From the NCBI GenBank assembly GCA_029565915.1, contig JAKQNG010000046.1:73-64072 (forward strand): a stretch of DNA of 64,000 nucleotides. The letters are read 5' to 3'. Every line of letters begins with the position of its first letter. Position 1 is the stretch's first letter. Below the pieces are notes generated by a model, which was given only the letters and a program-made list of their open reading frames with translations, made no database searches and was not told the origin of the DNA. The translations under genes were made by a program, and so were the position numbers. This document shows, one piece after another, positions 57,126 to 64,000 of the stretch. This DNA is from Deltaproteobacteria bacterium. GTDB taxonomy: Bacteria; Myxococcota_A; Polyangia; JAAYKL01.

Positions 57126-57689
57126 GTGTCCATGATTGACGATGTTTATGAATCCATGAAGGAATCGATTGATAAATCCCTCGACGCGCTGAAGCACACC
57201 CTGTCCCGCATCCGGACGGGGCGCGCGAATCCGGCCATTCTGGAATCCGTGCGGGTCGACTACTACGGCACCCGCACCCCCGTGAACCAGCTGGCGACCA
57301 TTTCCACGCCGGAGCCCCGGCTCATCGTCATCAAACCCTTTGACCGCACCGTGGTGGGCGATATCGAAAAGGCCATCCGCAGCGCCGATCTGGGCCTCAA
57401 CCCGAACGTGGACAAGGAGCTGATCCGCATTCCCATCCCGGCCCTCACCGATGATCGGCGAAAGGATCTGGTCAAACTGGTGAAGAAGAACGGCGAAGAA
57501 TCGAAGGTGGCCATCCGGAATCACCGGCGGGACTGCAACGCCATGCTGAAGGAGCTGGAGTCCTCCGGCGACGCGCCCAAGGACGACGTGGCGAAGGCCC
57601 TGAAAAAAGTGCAGGAAATGACGGACGCGGGGATTGAGGACGTGGACCGGATTCTGGCGGGCAAGGAAAAGGAAATCTCCGAAATCTGA
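57126..57689 (+). CDS. frr: Ribosome recycling factor
   Basis: Close match to Frr throughout (…RIRTGRANPAILESVRVDYYGTRTPVNQLA…ALTDDRRKDLVK…). Confidence 0.9.
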   Translation: MSMIDDVYESMKESIDKSLDALKHTLSRIRTGRANPAILESVRVDYYGTRTPVNQLATISTPEPRLIVIKPFDRTVVGDIEKAIRSADLGLNPNVDKELIRIPIPALTDDRRKDLVKLVKKNGEESKVAIRNHRRDCNAMLKELESSGDAPKDDVAKALKKVQEMTDAGIEDVDRILAGKEKEISEI

Positions 57690-57731
57690 CCCCTCCCCTC
57701 CGCCGGACAGCCCCAGGGTGTTTCCCGCGGT

Positions 57732-58448
57732 TCAGAAGAAGCTGAAGGTCAGTCCCAGATTGAAGGTGATGCCCGAGAGGTCGAAATCGCCGAAGTTGAC
57801 CGTGCGGTCCGATTCGATGGAGTACTCGTCTCCGCCCGACAGGGAGGGCTTGAAGTTCGTGCGACCGCGCTTGATGAAGCCGAAGCCGATTTCGCCGCCC
57901 ACGTTGAAATTGCGGATTTTCTTCCTCTTCAGGTAATTGGGCGAAATCCGGAACTCCGCGCCGAAGGACGCGCCCAGGTTCCACTTGGTCTTCTTCGCCG
58001 CGTAGGTGTCCTTCATCCCTTCGTTGCCGAGCTGGTCGAGCTCGCCGTGCATGTCGATGAAGGTGGCGCCCGCGGATGCCTGGCCGAAGGCCCCCAGCCA
58101 GGGCAGGAACCAGCCCCGCAGCCGCACGCCGCCAGTGAGATCCCGCACACGGATGTCGGTGTTCATGGCGCCGTTGTCCGCAAATTCGGGATATCCAGAC
58201 TCCTTGGCATAGCGGTAGGAGATGAACGGCAGGATGTGCAGGGCATCCTTTACATCCGCCACTTCAAAGCGCACGTCCGCCCCGTAGCTGTCCATGGCGA
58301 GGCGGGAGGAGGCAAAGAACTCGAAGCTGTCGTCGAGCACGGCCGTGGGTGTCACGTCCAGGGTCAGTTCCAGGTGCCGGTCCGCGCGGGCGAAGCCGGG
58401 CGCACTGAACAGGGCAATGGACAACAATACGAAGATAATGCGTTTCAT
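57732..58448 (-). CDS. Small outer-membrane beta-barrel protein (OmpA-like or 8-10-strand barrel)
   Basis: Signal peptide MKRIIFVLLSIALFSAPGFARA, amphipathic beta-strands, C-terminal ...LGLTFSFF. Confidence 0.55.
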   Translation of the reverse strand: MKRIIFVLLSIALFSAPGFARADRHLELTLDVTPTAVLDDSFEFFASSRLAMDSYGADVRFEVADVKDALHILPFISYRYAKESGYPEFADNGAMNTDIRVRDLTGGVRLRGWFLPWLGAFGQASAGATFIDMHGELDQLGNEGMKDTYAAKKTKWNLGASFGAEFRISPNYLKRKKIRNFNVGGEIGFGFIKRGRTNFKPSLSGGDEYSIESDRTVNFGDFDLSGITFNLGLTFSFF

Positions 58449-60022
58449 GGCTGCTCCTCCTCCCCGTTCAGAATGCCCTTCACGTAGAATCCGTCCGCGA
58501 TGAGGCAGGCCTGCCGCGTGGGATTGTCCAGGGGAAACAGGGTGGCCCGACCCGTGGGCGTGCTGTGCAGCGCCATGCCGACACCGCTGTGTGCAAAGAC
58601 GTAGAAATTGGTAATGGGCTCGTCGAGGACCAGCTCCATGGGCTGCCCGGCGCTGATGTTCAGGAACGAAATGCGGCTTTCCGAAGACAGGAACAGGGTG
58701 TCGTCGTGGAGCACCGCGTTGCCCCAGCTGTAGGAATCCGTGTAGTACAGGTGGGTCAGCCCTCGTGACCGCAGGTCGGCCATGATGATGCCGCCCCCCG
58801 AATAGGGATGGACGAGGAGCCGATCATCGTCGAGGACCGAGATCGATTCGATGCCGTCGGGTACGTAAATGGAATCCAGGTCGTCACCCATGTGGCGGGC
58901 GATATCCGTGAGGGGCAGCAGGTAGATCCGGTTCGTGTAGTCCCCGTACATGACCAGTTCCGGACCGCCGATGTGGTCGCGGCGGAACAGGGTCGTCAGC
59001 CCGCCCTCGGTGAGGATCGTCGTGGCGGCGGACGTGTCCACCTCAAAAATGGTAATGGCGGATACGCTGCCGCTCACGACGACGAGCAGCAGGCTCGTGC
59101 CGTCCTCCACCACCGCGAAGTCGTCGGGCCGGAACCCCGCGTCCAGCAGATTCAGGCTGGCGTCGAAGCCGGCGGCCCGGTCGGGGGCATCCACCAGCTC
59201 GATATCGTAGATCTCCGTGGCCCCCGGTGCGATGGCGAAGATGCGGGGACCGAAGGTGCCCCAGGCGCCCCGGACGTCCATGTGGCTCACGACGATAGCG
59301 CGCTGATCGGTCAGCGTCTTCAGCCGGACGGTGATGGACGAATAGTCGGGGTCGGCGAAATCCGCCAGCTGGATCAGGCCGTCGGTGACAAAGGCCACGA
59401 GACGGCGCTGCACGGCGCCCACCGCCACGGGATCGAGGAAGAAAATGTCCTCAATGGTGTGGCCCTGGATATCGATGGAGCGGATGGTCGGATTCGTCTC
59501 CGACGGCGCCGCGGCGAGATCGATGATGGCGATCTCGTTGGGGTTGAACAGGGACGTGGAATACGACATGTCGTCCATCCCGTGGTAGAGCACCAGGAAC
59601 CGGCCGTCCGGCGAAAACCGGTACTCCCCGAACAGGGAGCCCGTTTCGTATCGGGCCGTGGTGCCGCCGGGCAGCACGATGGACGTGAGGGATGCGAGGA
59701 TATCGGACTGCCGATCCTCCACCGGATAAGTGAGCGTGAACAAAGTGGTGCTGTCGCTGCCCAGTGGACCGGTGAACACGTCGTAGATTTGCTCCCCTTC
59801 CTCGGGCGCGTACAGAACGTCCCGGGAAATACTGTCCGCCCGGACCGTGAACAGATCGAGGCGCTCGGTAAGGGCGTCCATCATGACGATGCCCTGGCGC
59901 ACCTGCACCTTTCCGGTATAGGTGATACCGTCGTCGAACAGCCCCGTGGTCTCGCATCCGGCGAGCACCCAGCAGAGCAGAGGAACCATGATGTATCGGT
60001 AGTTCATCGCTGTCTCCTTCAA
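58445..60022 (-). CDS. Hypothetical lipoprotein, beta-rich (beta-propeller-like)
   Basis: Signal plus lipobox LLCWVLAGCE. Start overlaps the upstream gene's stop. No catalytic motif recognised. Confidence 0.5.
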   Translation of the reverse strand: MKETAMNYRYIMVPLLCWVLAGCETTGLFDDGITYTGKVQVRQGIVMMDALTERLDLFTVRADSISRDVLYAPEEGEQIYDVFTGPLGSDSTTLFTLTYPVEDRQSDILASLTSIVLPGGTTARYETGSLFGEYRFSPDGRFLVLYHGMDDMSYSTSLFNPNEIAIIDLAAAPSETNPTIRSIDIQGHTIEDIFFLDPVAVGAVQRRLVAFVTDGLIQLADFADPDYSSITVRLKTLTDQRAIVVSHMDVRGAWGTFGPRIFAIAPGATEIYDIELVDAPDRAAGFDASLNLLDAGFRPDDFAVVEDGTSLLLVVVSGSVSAITIFEVDTSAATTILTEGGLTTLFRRDHIGGPELVMYGDYTNRIYLLPLTDIARHMGDDLDSIYVPDGIESISVLDDDRLLVHPYSGGGIIMADLRSRGLTHLYYTDSYSWGNAVLHDDTLFLSSESRISFLNISAGQPMELVLDEPITNFYVFAHSGVGMALHSTPTGRATLFPLDNPTRQACLIADGFYVKGILNGEEEQP

Positions 60023-61647
60023 TTGGCGTTATCGTTGAGGGTGTAACCGGTCACCGTTTTCACATTGCTGCCGTCCACATTCATGAAGGTCATCCGACCG
60101 GATGGATGGTTCTGGGCAATGAAGATGCGATCAGTCTGCGTGGCGTATCCGGCCGCAACGGGCACCGATCCGAGGGTCATCGTGTCGACGATGAACGTGC
60201 GCAGATCGACGATTTCCACCATTGATGCAGGCAGGATCATGTAGGCGAAGTCGCCGTCGGGAAGGATGAGCGTCTGGATGGGATCCACCGCCAGCTGCTG
60301 AAACTTGCTCTGCAGGCCGGGGACTTTGACCAGCGAATAGGAATACGGCAGCATGCCGTCGGACAGGGCCGATCCGCTCACCACGTCGTGGGTGGCGATG
60401 AACGTGCGGGAATCCGGACTCGCCTGCACGGAGCGGATGGCGCGTCCGAGCCGGGTGGACTGGGCGGACCAGTTGCCGTCGGTCCTCGTGAGCACGGTCA
60501 GGATGTCCCGGCCCTCGGTTTCCACGGTGGTATACAAGGCCGCCCGCTGGCCGTCCGGCATCAGGGTGGCGGACCCGGCAATGATGTCACCGAGATCCAC
60601 ATAGGTGAACGGATCGGTCTGGGCATCGGCGGGCAGAGGAAGGTCAAACAGGGCCACCTCGCCGGCGTAGCGGCAGGTGAACATACCGAAGCTGCCGTCC
60701 GCGGCGATGTCCAGATCCGTGGGAATCGAATCGAGCATGTAGTCGCGCACCTCGCCGGAGCCATCGAGCATCGCAACAGTCACCAGTGTGCTGTTCTCCC
60801 GCCGGCCGATGGCCACGGTCCCCGCCGGATCAATAGCCGTCTCGGTAAGATTCGGGGCGATCTGGGAATAGTCGAACAGCATGATGGAATCGGGGAGGAA
60901 CATGTTTTCCAGATCTGTCAGATCAATGATGTTGATGCCGCCCTCGGTGATGACGAAGGCCCGGGTGTCATCGGCGCTGAAAAGGACTTCCATTGGGTGG
61001 AGCCCCACGCTCATGTGGTAGACCTGTTCGCTGCCCGGTGTCGCATCAATGACGGAGATTTCCTGGTCCGTCCTCGGCGCGCCGGTTTCCTCCGCAAAGA
61101 GGGCATCCCAGAACGCGATGACGAAGCGCCGGGACGTGGACACCGCCAGGGCGTTCGTGTCCGGCCGCACGTCCAGGGACACCGTATCCGCGTTGCCGCC
61201 CTCGTCCATCCGGATGAGGGTAACCTCGTCGGAGTTGAGGGCCAGGACGGCCACGGCGCCCGTGTCGTCCACGGGAACCAGGTGGGACGGCTGGGACCCG
61301 ACCGGGATGAGGTGGATGTCCAGGGTGCCGCTGTCCACGGCCACCACCGTGTCATTCGCCCGATCGGCAATGAACACGTATTTCCCGGACGCGCTGGGCA
61401 CACGGTAGTCATACCGCTCCTCGTCCTCGGGAACGATGATCGGATCGGCATCGCTGTCCGTGTCGGAATCGCTGTCCGTGTCGGAATCGCTGTCCGTGTC
61501 GGAATCCATATCGCTGTCTCCATCGGAATCACTGTCCATGTCCGCGTCCCCGTCCCCGGCATAGTCCCCGGCCGACTCCTCCATGCCGGCACAGGCGGCC
61601 GTGGCGGCGGCACAGGCCAGCAGAACTGCCATCATCCGGAATCTCAT
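60019..61647 (-). CDS. Lipoprotein with acidic Asp/Ser/Thr linker and beta-propeller-like (YVTN/lactonase-type) repeats
   Basis: Signal plus lipobox ACAAATAACAG, then DGDADMDSDSDGDSDMDSDTDSDSDTDSDSDTDSD, then repeated beta-rich modules. AAGGAGGTG RBS before the ATG at 61647. Confidence 0.5.
   Translation of the reverse strand: MRFRMMAVLLACAAATAACAGMEESAGDYAGDGDADMDSDSDGDSDMDSDTDSDSDTDSDSDTDSDADPIIVPEDEERYDYRVPSASGKYVFIADRANDTVVAVDSGTLDIHLIPVGSQPSHLVPVDDTGAVAVLALNSDEVTLIRMDEGGNADTVSLDVRPDTNALAVSTSRRFVIAFWDALFAEETGAPRTDQEISVIDATPGSEQVYHMSVGLHPMEVLFSADDTRAFVITEGGINIIDLTDLENMFLPDSIMLFDYSQIAPNLTETAIDPAGTVAIGRRENSTLVTVAMLDGSGEVRDYMLDSIPTDLDIAADGSFGMFTCRYAGEVALFDLPLPADAQTDPFTYVDLGDIIAGSATLMPDGQRAALYTTVETEGRDILTVLTRTDGNWSAQSTRLGRAIRSVQASPDSRTFIATHDVVSGSALSDGMLPYSYSLVKVPGLQSKFQQLAVDPIQTLILPDGDFAYMILPASMVEIVDLRTFIVDTMTLGSVPVAAGYATQTDRIFIAQNHPSGRMTFMNVDGSNVKTVTGYTLNDNAN
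61435..61565 (-). repeat. Coding microsatellite (gtcggaatcgctgtccgtgtc)n encoding the SD/TD linker
   Basis: Visible tandem repeat at 61441..61560. Confidence 0.8.
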
Positions 61648-61771
61648 TTGCGCACCTCCTTGAAATGAAAAATTGTAAATGCAAGTACCGGGCCGTTCCC
61701 GAAGAACACCCGGAATAAGCCCTTCTCATTGAAATCATTGAATTTATGCATTATTACGACTCCCGTATCAC

Positions 61772-61788
61772 TGGCACAGTCCGTGCCA
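61772..61788 (-). promoter_or_regulatory. Candidate sigma-54 (-24/-12) promoter embedded in a perfect 7-bp palindrome, oriented toward the lipoprotein/OMP operon
   Basis: + strand ctggcacagtccgtgccag. On the minus strand it reads cTGGCACGgactGTGCc, matching TGGCACG-N4-TTGCW at all -24 positions and the GC of -12. It lies ~120 bp upstream of the ATG at 61647. Confidence 0.3.
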
Positions 61789-62031
61789 GTCGACCGATTT
61801 CCCGGCACTCCGCGCCCATCGGCTGATCCGTATACACCCTGGCTGCGGCAGTCTGTCACCGGCACCACGATGATATGTGAAATTTTTTTTCTGCGAAACA
61901 CCTATCCGTCCCGGCGAAGGAGTCGGTCCGGCATTCTTTTGTTTCAGCGGGTTTATTTTTGGGCCGTTTGGGTGTAAAAGGGCGTTCCCTGCAACAGCGG
62001 AGAACAGAGGTTCCTCTTTAACGGACGAGGT

Positions 62032-62592
62032 ATGGTGCAAATGAGCGATATCAACAGCAAATGTCTCGAAGTGTTCCCCGGATGGCTCGCGTCGATCGGC
62101 AGCGATGTCCAGACCCTGCAGAGCGCGCTGCAGAGCGGGCTCGACCTGCCCGCGAAGAAAGCCGTGGCCGGCGGCATCAACTACCTGTTCAAGTCGCTGG
62201 ACCTGGTGCCGGACGGGATTGACGACATCGGTTATCTGGATGACGCGTTCGTGCTCCGGATGGCCGCCGCGGACGCCTGCGCAGCCGGCATCGATCCCCT
62301 GAACGATGACCTGAAAGGAAAGCTGCACCGCCTCCGGGAAGATACAGGTCTGATCCGGGAACTCCTCGGCGAGGAGCTGTTCGCCCGGTTCGCGAAGTAC
62401 ACGAAGGCGCTGGCGGACGGTTCCGCCCGGGGACGCACCGTGGACGAAATCATCGAGGACGCCACCGTGGGCCGCGAGTTCGCCTCGGAAGTGGCTGACT
62501 TCATCCGCGAGTACCGGACACCGGGTTTTTCTTCCGACGAAAAGAACATCATCAAGCTCAAGGCGTTCATGGAAGCGAAACTGCCCCGATAG
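62032..62592 (+). CDS. DUF1232 (YkvA)-like protein
   Basis: Motif LFKSLDLVPDGIDDIGYLDDAFVL resembles the DUF1232 signature D-L/I-P-D-x-I-P-x-I-G-Y-L-D-D. Confidence 0.45.
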   Translation: MVQMSDINSKCLEVFPGWLASIGSDVQTLQSALQSGLDLPAKKAVAGGINYLFKSLDLVPDGIDDIGYLDDAFVLRMAAADACAAGIDPLNDDLKGKLHRLREDTGLIRELLGEELFARFAKYTKALADGSARGRTVDEIIEDATVGREFASEVADFIREYRTPGFSSDEKNIIKLKAFMEAKLPR

Positions 62593-62712
62593 GGCGGAAA
62601 TCGTCACTTTTTTTTTCACCGCCGCATCTTGAAAACAACGGCCGTTCGGATATAGGGGCGTTCCGTTGCATCAGCCGCTGTTGAAGCGGCTGGCTGAAGA
62701 AAGGACAAATCC

Positions 62713-64000
62713 GTGATCAGCGCTGTTTCCATGGCCCTCTGCATCGCCGTCGCCTTTGCCGCGTTCGGCTGGTCCGCCCATCGACGCCTCCGTCTGCTCC
62801 GTGCCGGTGCCCCCGCGCAGCGCCTCGACCGCATCGGCGATCGCATCGGCCGCCTGTTCGCCATCGCCCTGTTTCAGAAGAAGCTGCCCAGATACCTCGT
62901 CATGGGCCCCATTCACATGATGATTTTCTGGGGCTTCCTCGTTCTCCTGCTGAACACGGCCGTTCTCTGGGGACGGGGTTTCCACCCGGCCTTCGACTTT
63001 TTCGGTCTGCTGTCACGTGACCACGCGATAGGGACGGCCTACTGGATGGTAAAGGACGTCATCTCGGTAATCGTGCTCATCGCCGCCACCCTGGCCCTCC
63101 TCAACCGGGTGGTGCGACAGCCCGCGCGCATGACGAAGTCGGCGGAAGCGGGACTCATCCTGCTCATCATCATGACCATGATGGCAGCCGATCTGGCCTA
63201 CTGGGCGTCCCAGGTCTACGCCCAGGGCATCACCTCGTTTCACGCCACCGAGCCCTTTGCCTCCCTGGTGTCCATGCTGTTCGCCCGCGCGGGAATGGAC
63301 GTCGGCGCGGTGACCCTCCTCGGGCAGATCGGTTTCTGGACCCACTCCGTCCTGGTGCTCGTCTTCCTCAACATCCTGCCCTACGGCAAACACTTCCACG
63401 TGGTCACCTCCCTGCCCAACGTGTTCCTCTCGAACCTGGAACCGCCGGGAAAACTGCCCGGTGACGAAAACATCGAAAAGGTCATCGCCGAGGCCGAGGA
63501 TGCCCCGGATGAGCCCGTCTTCGGCGTGGGCCAGATCCAGCACTTCACCTGGAAGGACATGCTGGACATGTACACCTGCACCGAGTGCGGCCGCTGCACG
63601 GACAACTGCCCGGCGGCCCGGACCAACAAGGACCTGTCTCCCAAGCATCTGCTCATCGACCTGCGCAACCACCTGTACGCGCGCGAAAAAGAAGTACTGG
63701 CCGGCAAGCTGGAAGAAAAGCCCCTGGTGCCCGACGTGATCAAGTCGGAGGTGATCTGGGACTGCAACACGTGCCGGGCCTGCGAAGAAGAATGCCCGGT
63801 CATGAACTCGTTCGTCGACAAAATCGTGCGCATGCGGCGCCACCTGGTGGAGGAGCGGGGCGAAGTGCCTTCGGAGCTGGCCACGGCGCTGCGGGGCATG
63901 GAGACCAACGCCAACCCGTGGAACATCTCCCGCATGGACCGGGACAAGTGGTCCTCCGGACTGGAGGTGAAGGCGTTCGACGGGGAATCCTGCGAATACC
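62713..64000 (+). CDS. Membrane-anchored Fe-S oxidoreductase (NarI/cytochrome-b-like 5-6 TM N-domain fused to HdrD/DsrK/GlpC-type 2x[4Fe-4S] domain); 3' end beyond window
   Basis: Not in the ORF track because there is no stop in the window. An in-frame stop at 62695..62697 precedes a GTG at 62713 (GAAAGGA RBS) and an ATG at 62731. Translation gives TM helices followed by CTECGRCTDNCP and CNTCRACEEECP ferredoxin motifs. Confidence 0.6.
   Translation, partial: MISAVSMALCIAVAFAAFGWSAHRRLRLLRAGAPAQRLDRIGDRIGRLFAIALFQKKLPRYLVMGPIHMMIFWGFLVLLLNTAVLWGRGFHPAFDFFGLLSRDHAIGTAYWMVKDVISVIVLIAATLALLNRVVRQPARMTKSAEAGLILLIIMTMMAADLAYWASQVYAQGITSFHATEPFASLVSMLFARAGMDVGAVTLLGQIGFWTHSVLVLVFLNILPYGKHFHVVTSLPNVFLSNLEPPGKLPGDENIEKVIAEAEDAPDEPVFGVGQIQHFTWKDMLDMYTCTECGRCTDNCPAARTNKDLSPKHLLIDLRNHLYAREKEVLAGKLEEKPLVPDVIKSEVIWDCNTCRACEEECPVMNSFVDKIVRMRRHLVEERGEVPSELATALRGMETNANPWNISRMDRDKWSSGLEVKAFDGESCEY

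Noticed and set aside
61881-61890. T8 tract on the + strand upstream of the DUF1232 gene; possible intrinsic terminator
   Set aside because: There is no convincing GC-rich hairpin immediately upstream of the T-run, and no + strand gene ends nearby.

Overview
This is a high-GC (roughly 65-70%) bacterial chromosomal segment that is densely coded on both strands. The gene content suggests a deltaproteobacterial-type lineage such as Myxococcota or Desulfobacterota, but I cannot confirm the taxon from sequence alone. The content includes two Hanks-type Ser/Thr kinases with PEGA tails, TPR/PEGA partner proteins, PilD, and an anaerobic aromatic amino-acid operon (aminotransferase, IorAB, PaaK). I recognise about 50 genes in total. 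Housekeeping genes are hflX, nagZ, murC, pilD, a thymidine phosphorylase, ilvBN, rimO, arfB and frr. There are a sensor histidine kinase, an SSS transporter and a B12-binding radical-SAM-like enzyme. There is an unusually large set of secreted or outer-membrane proteins. The most striking element is a ~2,700-aa lipoprotein (222..8336, minus strand) built from about 20 Cys/Asp-rich MopE/thrombospondin-type-3-like repeats. It also contains four near-identical ~360-bp super-repeats and a C-terminal parallel beta-helix. At least six lipoproteins carry long poly(Thr-Asp)/(Ser-Asp) acidic linkers immediately after the lipobox cysteine. These linkers are encoded by GTGTCG/GTATCC-type hexanucleotide microsatellites. 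Other observations: a translationally coupled operon STPK > TPR/PEGA protein > NagZ > HflX (HflX carries a ~190-aa N-terminal extension); a 5-gene envelope operon headed by a small acidic 'DTDW'-repeat lipoprotein; a low-GC AAA+ (DUF4143) ATPase insertion; and a sigma-54-like palindrome upstream of an OMP/lipoprotein operon. Two genes are truncated by the window edges and are absent from the ORF track: the N-terminus of a small protein at 1..120, and a membrane Fe-S oxidoreductase from 62713 to the window end. I found no rRNA, tRNA or CRISPR, and no obvious mobile element. Many long antisense ORFs in the track are high-GC artefacts. Start codons were refined by signal peptides, RBSs and translational coupling; several are GTG or TTG.
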